A stretch of DNA of 64,000 nt from Tubulanus polymorphus (taxonomy: Eukaryota > Animalia > Nemertea). Positions 47,724 through 60,545 of the stretch are shown piece by piece. The position numbers were made by a program, and so were the translations under genes. Numbering within the stretch: the stretch's first letter is position 1; each line of letters begins with the position of its first letter. The DNA lies in NCBI RefSeq assembly GCF_964204645.1, contig NC_134026.1, positions 7,091,950 through 7,155,949 on the forward strand, given 5' to 3'. Below the pieces are notes generated by a model. That model did not search any database. It saw only the letters and a program-made list of their open reading frames with translations, and was not told where the DNA came from.

Positions 47724-50700
47724 TTATAATTCAGTGTCTATATCCGCGCACGTTGTTTCCACGGATTGCGCTTTTTCAGCCAAAAACGGTATGTACTCTT
47801 TTTGAATAGCGTGTTGTCTGGAAAGCGGCCGAGTTGCCACCGCCGGATTCTTCCTGCTGTTCGCCGTCGACTTTTCTTCGCTCAAAAGCGCGTCTTCCGC
47901 GTACCCGCCGTGATCGTGATGCAGAGTTGACCCGTTTCTTTCGCAGCGAGTTGTCTCCGTAACACTGATGCTACGACCGGGAGTTTTACCGGAGATTCCG
48001 CCGACTGTTTTACCTTTAGGGGTCGGCTTCACGCACGGTAACCAGCGGAACACGAATTTGAAACCTTCGCGAAATCTGTAAAAAATACTATCATACCAAT
48101 GACTGATAAACACTGTTGTAGGTAGTAGGGGAGACCGGGACACATTGGGCCACCATAAATCCTCCACCACAGCTGCAACAACGTCCCCGCTCCACCACCT
48201 TGCTATACTACCGTTGTATCAGCACTAGCCGAGATCACACAGAGACGTTTTGGTCTGGGCCAAATTGGCACGGATCAGGCTCGAGCCAAATTTGGCCCGT
48301 GCCTAATTAGAGAGCGTTAACGCGTACGACACTCGATAGTAAACAAGGCTCAAACATAGCGAAGTGGGTCATTTACGGAACAAGGTGCAATTCAAACGCA
48401 ATCATTTTGTCCTCTGCTAAGATTTGGCTCGGGCCTGGTACGCCATTTTTGGTTGGGCCAGACAGGCACGGGCCCCATGGCACCCGTGTGCACAGCTGTT
48501 CCGGGCCAAATTTGGCCCGGGCCAAAACGCTCGTAGGATCGCGACTTATATATCCTAATAGACATAGACATTTTCGGTAATACGGACGAACACATTTTTC
48601 TATTTCACATGTATAGTGTGGTATTGTCAGTCGAAAATGTTTTCTTTTTATTCAACGATTCGGCTATGTCGTTATATCATCCCTTAATTAAGACGACTAT
48701 TATAGGATAAAGTTGAAACGTTGAATAAACTGCTAACATTTTTCATTCTCGTATAGGTATAGGTTGGATTTAATACCATCTTTTACGACACATACTCCGA
48801 GCGTTTCATCAATGATTTAATGTAGTAGTGCAGAATGTTACGAGTAATTGTCGCGATGAAAAATTCATAGACTTTAGACTATTTTCCACCTACCTGGAGT
48901 TCATCCAGCAATAAATGAACGGGTTGTACATGGAATTACTCATAGCGATCCAGTAAATGACCAGATAGATGTACTGCGAATGTTGCTGTACTGTGATCGA
49001 CGGTTTGACAGTCGTTATAACGAAATATAAGTGTTGAGGCAACCAACAAATGGCGAATAGAAACACAACGACTATCAACATTTTAACAACCTGGAAAATT
49101 GAGAGAAAGAGAGAGAGTGGTTGAATATTAGAAATCGTCGGATTTCTAGATGTCACGAGACACAACAGAAATTGTGAAATATATAAACTACGATGCAGAA
49201 CAATTTACAATTTCACAATTTTCCGTTGTATCTCAGCAATCCTGAAGATGACTATCAGTTTATAGTCGAAAGTTGAATAAAACTACCAGCTCAAGGAAAC
49301 ATATTCGGTTATTTGTTTCTTATGGTGGCTGATAAGGGCCATAGCGTAAAATTCCTGGTATGTAAATGAGGGCGCCAGAACGCCAGAACGCCAAAACGAA
49401 AAAAAACGTCCAAATTTCTCTAAAAGTATATATAACAGTAGTTTATAGTTTCTATAACAGTATTTACTAGATCTTAACTCATGTAGGGCCGAGGATCCAA
49501 ATCTCAGGGTTAAATTTCAGTTGAAATTAGAGCATTTTCAATGCTTTTGTTCTAGAGCCGAATATTATTATTAATTATGGTGGCCGTTTTTCGTTGTTTT
49601 GGCGGGGGCGCCAAAACGAAAGTTCGTTTTGGCGGGGGCGCCAAAATGAAAGTTCGTTTTGGCGGGGGCGCCAAAATGGAATTTTCTCCATTTTGGCGCG
49701 CAAAAACGAACTTTCAGAGAAAATTGGACGTTTTTCGTTGTTTTGGCGGGCGCGCCAAAATGAAAGTTCGTTTTGGCGGGCGCGCCAAAACGAACTTTCA
49801 GAGAAAATTGGACGTTTTTAGTTGTTTTGGCGGGGGCGCCAAAACGAAAGTTCGTTTTGGCGGGGGCGCCAAAATGGAATTTTCTCCATTTTGGCGCGCA
49901 AAAACGAACTTTCAGAGAAAATTGGACGTTTTTCGTTGTTTTGGCGGGCGTGCCAAAATGAAAGTTCGTTTTGGCGGGCGCGCCAAAACGAACTTTCAGA
50001 GAAAATTGGACGTTTTTAGTTGTTTTGGCGGGGGCGCCAAAACGAAAGTTCGTTTTGGCGGGCGCACCAAAACGGAATTTTCTTTGTTTTGGCGCGCCAA
50101 AACGAACTTTTAGAGAAAATTGGACGTTTTTTTCTCTTTGGCGTTCTGGCGTTCTGTCGCCCTCATTTACATACCAGGAATTTTACGCTATGGCCCATAT
50201 CAGCCACCATAGTTAATAATATTCGGCTCTAGAACAAAAGCATTGAAAATGCTCTAATTTCAACTGAAATTTAACCCTGAGATTTGGATCCTCGGCCCTA
50301 CATGAGTTAAGATCTAGTAAATACTGTTATACATTGGACCTGCTTTGATAGACCTCTGGACCTAGTTCTTTTTGGTCCCGGGTCCACAGTTCTCCACAGT
50401 CCACAATCGACCAATCAGAATTTGACTGTGGAGTAAAAAACATAAAAACAAAATGTGCGTATCTCGTATTTTTTGATAAAGTCAGATTCTACAAATATCT
50501 TTGAGATTCGCTCGAGAACCGCGGTTCAATAGGAACCACTATTCCACGTCGGTTAAGTCTGACTGAGTAAAACTTAAGTTAAACTACTAAGTTCAGTGAA
50601 ACTCTACCGTCATCCAAATCATGGCTTACACTTTAAGTAAATCGAAATGGAAATAAACGAATCGGGACTAAAAAAATCGAGACGATTTCAATAATGTGAC

Positions 50701-53700
50701 GACTTCACCGAGTTCGACTAATGAGTATTTTCTAGGAAGAATTTATCCAAAGTAGTCGACGGTTTTTTGTTGCGTCGGTGACGTCTGTTGAAGACGCTGT
50801 CTGTCCTTGGAAGAGCTCAATTTGTGGCAGCGACAAGCGATATGTATTTTTCTTCGACTCGGCGAATCCCCCCCGAATGATGGATTGCTCGAAAGGTCTT
50901 TCTGCGTCTAAAGAGTTCAAATGTAGAATGACACTAGCGTAGATGGATGCCTTACCCGCGTGACGTCACGGTCGGAGACTTGCCCGTAATCAAGAACGAA
51001 AAATAATCAGAGGATTTAGACATTTCAAGGGTCTGCTGGTAAATCAACTATTGCCATACAATTGGTGCACACGACGTAACATTTTGTTTACCAACCTGTA
51101 CTGAAGACTTGCGGTAAAAGATAAGCAGGGGATTTACAATCTTCAAGGGTCTGTCGTGTAAATCACCTAGTATTGTATTTGGCCAGCGATATGGCGTAGT
51201 CAACTCAAAACAGCGCATGAATTAAGCATTTCATTTTAAATCTAAACCTGGATACTATATTCATTCGGCCTTCGTTGATCCTAACAAACCAATTATCTTT
51301 AATATCGTGATATTTTTCGGACTTGTAAATATCACGTAAAGATTAATGTATGTTATGGTGGCTGATAAGGGCCAGATGCAATACATTTTTACATGACCTC
51401 GATTAGGGAAATATGCAAAACTAAACGAATTTTTCGTTTTTGCTGCCGCGCAAAAACGACATACTATAGAGCGACAACGGAAAAATTCGTTTTTGCTCCA
51501 TGATTTTTCGTTTTTGCGCCATGAAATTCGTTTTTACGCCCTAGCAAAACGAAATATTGTAGAGCAAAAACGAAATATTCGTTTTTTGCACCACGATATT
51601 TCGTTATCATCATTACCATTAGCATTATCATTACTATTACCATTATAAGACAGCCATTTGTCTATGGAAACCAGTACTGACCTTTTTCTTCGAGCGGACA
51701 CTCTCGCCCTGTCTGTAGGTGTTCTCGCCGATAGCTTTGCTGCCCCACAGCTCGACCCCTATACGCGTATAAGTAACTCCAATTACAATCAAAGGCAACA
51801 GATAATTCACAAACATCGCCATCAGCGTGTACCTGAAATGCGGACAAAAATAAATCGGTCAAAAAACGACCAAGCACATGACGTATAAATAACCGCGAGG
51901 TGGGTTTTATTTTTTTTTAAACGACGGAAACCTGATACGTTAAATGCTTTCTATTTCGATAAGACTGGAAAATGTCATCTAGAATTTGGATTTCAGTCGT
52001 CATCCGGCCCCGGAGCACGTCACGTTTCACCGGCGCAATAGTTTGACGAGGTCGGTTGTTTATTTTTCTTTTCACGGAAGTTCAGCTCTCGTTTGACGCG
52101 TCAGTTCGTATAAAGGGGAACACGCACACCGTGGTGTGTAGTTCCCGAGGGATGTGGCGCGCGTTATCTTTGACCCTCGCATACGTTATAAGTAAATGCG
52201 TCTCGTGTGTGTGCAGCCTGACAGCCCCGTAATGAACGTATCAAAAAACCTACACGGTAGATTTGCCATCAGTATTCACTATCGATGAAAATCCCACGGC
52301 GATATTTTTTAAAGATACGGATGAAATGAGAGACTCGTTCGAGTGGCGAGGACCGTAGCATTTTATACAACGTATAGAATTAAACATAAATTAGGTTTTG
52401 ACGTAAAACATTCCCTAAATTTCTATCACTTTTGATTATTCGATTATTCTCTTTGTTCTGGATTCGTGTTTTCTGTTTTAGCGAAACAAATATTATGCCG
52501 TGCGCGGCGGGCTACTCGGTATTCCAGAAGATGGCTATTATAGAATAATAGTGGAAACGTCGAAAAAAGTACGAGCTCTGGGAAACATTTTCGGACTTTG
52601 TTTTTCGCCATCATTGTAGGATTCTCTCAATTTAAATGAGGTGCGCAATACACAATTTGGCATCAGTTCCACGGAATATGAACTGCAGATACGGCTTTAT
52701 ATTAGTTAACATCAGCTTTCGTTTCCAATGTTTTAGATATATCAAACAGCTTGAGAAGAAACAGATTGAGAAGAATAGCCCGTACACTAAATAGATCATA
52801 AGTTTGAAACACGCTTTATATACAAAATTTGAAAGATTGAAAAGATTCGATTTATCAAAAATTTCAATCAAAAGACACGACGTTTCGGACTCTCGCTCTC
52901 TCCCTCTAGAGACCAACGTCAGGTGGGTTTTAAACTAACTATACGTAGCTTACTGATTTACTGTGGAGCTGAGTCCAGAATCAGACGAGACTAGCTTAAT
53001 TCTAAAAGTTAAAATTGTCAGTTCATTTTGATATTAGATTTTCGACCGAGAACTGTAGGAACTATTCAACTGGGGCCAGCCAGACTGTGATGGTAAACAA
53101 ATCTGTTAAGACGTTGAATAATAGCACTTTATTTCTAGATACAAATTCCAGTTTCACAGTTCTTGGTTCATATGGTATACTTTGATACTAAGAGGGTTAG
53201 AAACATTTGAAATACGGCACTGATTCCGTAGCTAGATTTCGTGTTTTCTGGAATTCGTGCATTTGCAACGTTTCAAATACCCTCGGTGACTCCTACGTTG
53301 ACCGTGAAATGAGCTTCTAATTCTAGAATCCGTCTAGAGGGCTGATCGCGAACATGTATTCACGCTAAAACTACAACTCAATCTTATACAGATTACCTAT
53401 TAACCGCTCTAATTACCGCACCCTTGCTAATTCATAATTAATCACTGACGCTCAATTTGATCAAATGAGATTTAAATTAGTTGAATTAAACGCGGATTTC
53501 TGTGCGGAAAGCCGCCTGTGGCGCATCAAATTTACATTCGAAATTCCCTCCCTAAATCGCGAATCATTACGATGAAATTAGAAACAGAAGAAAACTCGAT
53601 CACTCGATAGAACGACTGGAACTATTTTCTCTCCGAGAACTTTTCGGCCTCTGCCTCTGCCTGTCACCCAGTCCTAGAAGTGGTCGTTTCCACTGTGAAC

Positions 53701-56700
53701 TCCGTCGCTCTATGACCCCGGTGTACATCAGAGACACTAAGGTACTTGGTGAACCTCTACCTCTGCCCCTGCACCTACCCCCTGCCCCTACTCGCCCCCT
53801 GCGCCCGTGCCTGTTCCTCTGCCTGTCCATGATCCTACCCCTGTCCCTGTGCCTTTGCCCCTGACCCCGCGACTGCGTCCGTCTTTGTCTCTGCAACATA
53901 TTGCGATAACTCTGCGAATATAGATTCAACCACCAAGGGATTTATGCGACGTAATTTGTCACGAACTGCAGTTTTAATTCCCTTCGCCGGTAAAAGCATT
54001 TTCTTTCCATCCAGTAAATGATTGTAGGTCTTATCATCGAAAAAACCGTAGTATGAGTGATTTCAGAGTGTCGCGAACTCTATTGTGAGAATCACTGAAT
54101 CAACAAACAAGACCTGAAGGAAAATATAATTTGTCACCGATTCCCGCCAGGAATGTTTGACATCCGTCGCGGAACAAAAAGAAAACAGTAAGTTAAATAC
54201 CGATAAACAGCTGGGAGAGCAAGGCATGTTAAACCGTAATTTAGTCGGATCAAGAATGACAGATGCCCGAGGTTTGTCAAACGTTTATCTAGTCTAGACA
54301 TACGATAAGGGATTGTCCTCTCATGGCCGCCTCGAGAATTTTCTCCATTCTAATCATATACATTGTACATATTCCTGCGGCAAATGATTAACAGACCTAT
54401 GATTCTTATCATGACTTTACGGCCTTCAGACCATAAAATTTATCACACTAATTTGTCCGGACAGTATTAAGCAGTCAGTTCGTTATTTACTGATTACTTC
54501 TTGTCCTGGCACGTGAGGTCACGGTGATGCCTGTCACTTTGCGGTACTTTCATAATACGAAAGGCCATTAATAGCAGGGACAAGTCTGAACCAATCGAAT
54601 TATCACGACCTCACTGACAATAAATTAGTTTATCTAGAATCTGACAAACCCCCGTGCAACATGACTGACGCATTAAACCTTCTGGTGGCGCTAACTATTA
54701 AAAAAACCCCACTATCGGCTATTAGACATGCACAGAACGACTTCGAGTAGAGTAATTGGTTCTAGGCGCCGTCCTTGGCGCTCTATAGTCGAACACCTGC
54801 AGACATACAGACCTCTATATACCCAAACACTTGCAGTCATACAGGCCCCTATATTCCCAAACACCTGCTGCAATACATACCTCTATATACCCTAACACCT
54901 GCAGTCATACAGGCCCCTATATACTCAAACATCTGCAGTCATACAGGCCCCTATATACCCAAACACCTGCTGCAATACATACCTCTATATACCCTAACAC
55001 CTTCAGTCATGCCCCTATATAACCAAACACCTGCAGTAATACAGGCTCCTATATACCCTAACACCTGCAGTCATGCCCCTATATAACCAAACACCTGCAG
55101 TAATACAGGCTCCTATATACCTTAACACCTGCAGTCATGCCCCTATATAACCAAACACCTGCAGTAATACAGGCTCCTATATACCCAAACACCTACATTC
55201 ACACAGACCCTACCAAAAACACCAACAGTCCCTCCAAATACCAGCAGTTATAGAAACATCTATATACCGAAACACCTGCACTTATACAGGTCTTCTACCT
55301 GCAGTCACATTGAAACATAAACTCCAGAAAAAAAAGCGAAGGCCGTGTCGAAACTTTCAACGGAGAAAGTGGGTCTAAAACCATCGGCAAGAAAATAATC
55401 ACAGCAACTCTGATTACTGTCAGTAAGTAAAATTATCCGCGATTTCCCGAGGAGCTGCATCGAAGTTGTTACCAACTTTTAAAAAAATGGAACGCTGGAA
55501 CCTGAAATGAACATTTCGTTTTATCGGAGCTCGACAGATTCTGCAACCTGGATGAAAGTGATTTCAAACCGTTTTAGCGCCTGCGACGATGCGACGATTT
55601 GACTAAATGATCAAATCATTCTTTAAATCGGAGAAGAAATGAGGAAATTTGATAACTGACACCGAAATGTAGCTCGTCGCATTCATTCTATATTAAATCA
55701 AGTTTGATCAATTCACTGCAGCGAGTTACAATTCAATCTCGAGTTCACATTTCTGAAACATCGGCGACATTTGGGAATCGTAATCTCCGTAAATGGGATC
55801 GCGAGGGAGGGAAGTAGGGAGGTAGGGGAGATGGAGGTAGGGAGGTATGGAGAGAGGGAGGACGGGAGAGATTCAAGACAGAGAGAGGAAAGTATGGAGG
55901 TATGGAGGTAGGGAGGTAGGGGTGAGGGAGGAATGGTAGAGAAAGATAGACAAGGGGAAATAAGGAGGTAGGGGAGATGGAGAGAGGGAGGTAGGGAGAG
56001 GGAGATATGGAGAGAGAGAGAGGCAGAGGGAGGTAGGGAGCGGTAGGGTTAGGGAGGTAGGGAGAGGGATCTCCTGAACTGTGTTCTCACATGTGTTAAG
56101 TTAATTTGTCACGAATGAATTCTATTCCCCGGAACTGAGTCAGAGACTGAGCGAACAATGAAACCATAGTGAAATAGCGCCGACTTTCGAAGAGAGATTA
56201 GTTTCAATTATACACAAACCAAGACAACACGTGAAGTATCAATTAAATAAATCCTAGACGCGTCACGCATTACCGGAGTTGATATCAACAGTTTACTGTC
56301 GATTAAGTCGCGTCTTACTTCCTTTACCAGCATTAACTTAAAAACAACTTTATGTTTAAAACACGCGAAATCATTTATATTTCACGACTGATCAGAAATC
56401 GGAAGAATTGCATCATAAAATCGCGGAGAATTATTAGATTTAATGGTAGGATTTCGTGTCACGGTAAGCCGCTTGGCTGGACCTATTCGGGTTTTATGGC
56501 TCCGTTGAATTTAGTTAGTGGAAGTAACCGAGTGATTGATACTAAAATGAGTCCGCCATAAACTGAACAGAAATAGAAGAAAAATTCAGTCACTGGAAAC
56601 AATACATTCATTATCGAACATAACAAACAAAAATCAATGATTTATTTCGTGAAAAGTACTGAACTAGAAATAAAGAAATCCTCATTTTTCACGGACCATC

Positions 56701-57497
56701 GTGTCTTTCAAAATCAATCGATTTCTCATATTGAGTAATTTTTACACGAAGTAGATTTTTCAAGCCCCCAGAAACGAAACGATGTTGGATACGTGATAAT
56801 TATCACTACTCAGGCTTATAAAGTAACACGTTTTTGATTTTAATGGAGAAGATCATGTTTGAATAAAGATATTTCTTCGTTTTTTATACTTTCTTTTTCG
56901 ATTTGATTTTTCTATCCCAAATGGAATACCGGCATTAAAATACTGGGTTATCCGTATTGAAAATCAATTCATTTTTCGATGAAAGTTGCGCTCGATTTTA
57001 GGCTTCCGAAAATTACCAAACAAGTCATCGAATAGATATAAGATTGACTTTTTCACTCGGTGTATGGTATAGATTTTATCGAAAATTGATTCTGTAATGA
57101 GAAAAGTTGATTCGAATTTAATTGAACTGTTGAAGAAATTGAAGCGCGGTAACCCAGTGCCACTAGCGATCCTGGCGGATTATCGTCGAATTCTCGCTTG
57201 CCACTGTAGCGTTGCCGGTCTCCTTATTTGAGTTATATATTACGCACGGATACATATCGAGTAATAGCTTCAAATATGAATACTTACACCATATGCCATC
57301 TATTGAAAGGTCCATCTGGCCAAAAAACGAAACATATAGTTCTCGAACTGCCGTCGCAGTAAACGTGCTTGATCGTCTTGGCATAAATCATTCTTGGTAA
57401 AGCGACGGCGATAGCGAACACCCAGATACCAACAATCACCGACCAGGCCGTGATTCCTCTCATTCGCGGCTTCAATACGTGAACTATCGCTACATAT
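47724..57497 (-). CDS. Tachykinin-receptor-like neuropeptide GPCR, last four exons: 57288-57497, 51682-51832, 48894-49090, 47724-48075; the TM1-TM3 exon(s) were not found and probably lie beyond the window end
   Basis: Spliced in frame: [98 protein letters not shown]..FRWLP; intron positions match tachykinin receptor genes. Confidence 0.9.
49323..50209. mobile_element. MITE with about 105-bp TIRs (TGGTGGCTGATAAGGGCCATAGCG...) and an internal array of palindromic TTTTGGCGGG.GCGCCAAAA units
   Basis: 49323-49427 is the reverse complement of about 50105-50209; TA flanks both ends; a related terminus occurs at about 51356. Confidence 0.75.
54790..55300. repeat. Minisatellite, unit about 30-34 bp (AAACACCTGCAGTCATACAGGCCCCTATATACCC)
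   Basis: More than 12 tandem copies. Confidence 0.9.
55800..56070. repeat. Purine-rich low-complexity tract (GGGAGGTA-type units)
   Basis: Direct inspection; similar GA/CT tracts at 23370-23580 and 40490-40620. Confidence 0.8.
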
Positions 57498-59038
57498 CTG
57501 TAAATACAATTATAACGAAATTGTGTTTTATTCTGATATTTCTCTCTGTCAAACCGGATTGCCGGACGTTCACTTCATCCCGAGATCTTGAAAAATGAAT
57601 TTGGTCAGTTTACGCCGCGCATGTCGTTTCAAAAGAGCGGCCGATATCTGTTCGAGATTCCAAAAGCTTCAATTTAAGGGGTCTGGAGCGATCGGGAACG
57701 CGTCCACCGACTAAATGAGGCTCAGTATCTTTATTTAGACATTATTGGCCTATAGGTCTAATCATAATTGACGTCCAATGTCGCTTGTACAATGTACGAA
57801 GTTATAAAACCCCATCGCGGAACCGGGCCCAGTAGATCATAGGAATACGGTCCCGGATTAAGGACCGGAATACGGTCCCGGATTAGGGACTTATCCTCAA
57901 GGGATATCCTAAGCCTGTACAATCAGGTGTAGAGAATAGAAGATGAGATTAAAACCCACTTGATAAAAATCTAGAAGATCGAAAACGAAATTTCGACATC
58001 AAGAATTCTAAACCAAAAATCAAAAGACAGCGTTTTGGATTCACACCTTACGACGGTCTCCAGAGAAAGTTTGAAACGTCGAGTCTTCTTATGCTTTTTT
58101 GTTTTAATTTCAATTTTAGATGTCAAATTAACTACGATTCTAATTTTCATAAAGTAGGTTTCGATTAATAATTCCCTAAGTCCGAGTCAGTACGTGCGAG
58201 GAAATATTCTATACTAAGATGGTTCATCGTTTTCGTTTTACGTAATCCGACCTGAAAAAAATGATGAATGCGTTTTTCATGTGACACAAGTCGTGATATA
58301 AATATTACAATTGCTGCCGCGTATGACTGATCTAGCGGTTCCGATGTAAACAAATATACCGGATATTAAAATTTTACCATCGATCAGGCAAGCTCACTTT
58401 GAGCTAAAAAAAACTGTATAATATACTTATGACAAGTGAATGATTTTAGTTGGCGTAAACGTTGATGAAACAGTGGGGAAATATTGTATCGAGTTTCGTC
58501 TACCCATCGAGGGTTTTACTATTGTGTGAGAACTTGGAGTAATCATTTGACTCCAAGGTGTGAAGCTTGTAGCTTGGAGTTTGTATAGTTTGTCCCGGCT
58601 GACCACGGGATCGGAAGTTCTAGAAGCTTTACAATTCAATTCAATAACATCTTTAATATGCCATAGCGTTATACATTTCATTATTGGACATATACAATCA
58701 AGATGAAACAACATTAAAATAGAACTTAAAAAAAACAGTTAATATCATATCCATTGTAAGGTTTTATTTATAATCAAGTGCTTCTATTAATAAACTTTCC
58801 TGGAATCTGAGCCGTTTTACTGAGGTCATAATGAACTTGATGAATTTCATTTCGTCACATGGAGACGCTGTGTACAGGGTCAAGATGCATAAGGTCTGCA
58901 GTATGAAAAGAACAGCTCGGGTCTACTGGTCAACTCTAGAATAGACATTCTTTTATGGCCAATTACACTGCAAATTACGAGAAGATTCGTATAGGAGCCG
59001 GGTTAAACTGGTGTAGATAGTACAACGAGACGAATCTG

Positions 59039-59163
59039 GTACTTTATAGGTTAACTAGTTTAATGGACACACGAGCTTACGCTACTATCCACAAGATGGA
59101 GCTACTATATACACTAGTAGCGTAAACTCGTGCGTCAAATAAACTAGTTAACCTATAAAGTAC
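59039..59163. repeat. Short palindromic MITE-like hairpin
   Basis: GTACTTTATAGGTTAACTAGTTTA...TAAACTAGTTAACCTATAAAGTAC, arms of about 48 bp. Confidence 0.7.
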
Positions 59164-60359
59164 TATTCATCCCGTTGCACGAGTTAGAATGTTCGGTTAA
59201 CTCGTTGAAATGAACTGATTTTACTCAGAATTAGTTTATAATCAGAACACCGTGGAACTGACCCCAGGACCCAGATCCACAATGCGAGTGAAAATAAGTT
59301 CATATTTTCAATGAGTCAAATCTGAACTCACACACTGTGGAACTGAGAGTCTATGATATTACAGATTCTGGCCAGTCAGTTCAGATCGGTTAGGAATTTA
59401 CCTCCGCAGTAGAGCGCACTTCGAGGAACTTGATTCACTGTAATATTTCCTTTCATTCGTAAAGTACAAATTCATCATATTCTGACAGTTAACATTTAAA
59501 TTGAGAAAAAAATACGGGGACTGTTGTGGTAGATTTTCTCTTTCATGGTTTTAAAATTCAACACGCACATCGGCAAACTGCCAATTACAGTCGGTAAAAA
59601 GATTGATACTGAAACGATTTGCAAGTCAAAATGAATTGCGTGTTGAAGCAAAAACAGTCAGAGAGAAGGAGAGAGAGAGGGGGAGTCGTTTAAACAGTCA
59701 GACCGATTATGGTCTGTTCATCTACGTTTCAAAAAGATGTGTTTGTCGTGTAATTCAATAAGATTAAAACCCACTGTGTATGAAAGATAAAAAAGATTTG
59801 AAAAGTTTAATCATCAGGAAATAAGAATTTAAAGACACTCTGCCTCTGGTTCTGCCTCTGGTTCTGCCTCTGGTTCTGCCTCTGCTTCTGCCTCTGCCTC
59901 TCTCGCCACTTTCTCGATGAGTGAACTTTTAAATGATTTAAATTTTAGTCATTTTTAATCTTATCATCTATTCTGCACATCGGTGTGTATACGGGGATTC
60001 TATTCTTCTATCTAATTGGATAATTCAAACTTATGGCGCAAACTCCTCTTTGAAAGTGATAGATTGTTTAAACAGGTTAGAATCGTGTATGAAATGCGAA
60101 CGGCTTTTATCATGATTTCAATCAGTAATTCCGCTCACTGTTGCACGTGTCTAATCTTCCCTATCAATGTCGTTAAGTGAAGTTTCTTATAAACAACGAG
60201 GTGAATATCTGCTTGTCTAGCTTTTTTTCTATTTATGCTAAAAAAGAAACTGTCTATTTCCCTGAACTCTCATCATCATAACGCGTCGAATTGAATTAGA
60301 TTTATATCTGCACGCGTCACCGATGAGGCGCCATAAACTATAAATCAAAGTTAAACTGT

Positions 60360-60545
60360 ATACGGTTTTTTTCATCAAGTCAGAGCACTTCCAAAAAGAG
60401 CAACAGTTTTTATCATCAAGTCAGAGGACTTCTAAAAACCAACGGTTTTTTTCATCAAGTCAGTGAACTTCCAAAAAAGCAACGGTTTTTTATGAAGTCA
60501 GTGAATTTTCAAAAAGGGCGACGGTTTTTTTTAAGTCAATTCCTT
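60360..60545. repeat. Tandem repeat, unit about 40 bp (AACGGTTTTTTTCATCAAGTCAG.G.ACTTCCAAAAA)
   Basis: About 5 copies. Confidence 0.8.

Noticed and set aside
49577-50232. Overlapping repetitive ORFs (178 aa and shorter) and a CRISPR-like array of palindromic units
   Set aside because: They are translations of the MITE-internal tandem array. The spacers are themselves repeated, there are no cas genes, and the context is a eukaryotic intron.
53600-53929. Arg/Gly-rich 109-aa ORF
   Set aside because: Derived from a 6-bp-period CCTCTG/CCCCTG simple repeat inside a receptor intron
54775-55086. 103-aa and 63-aa repetitive ORFs
   Set aside because: Products of a 30-34-bp minisatellite; no signal peptide or splice support
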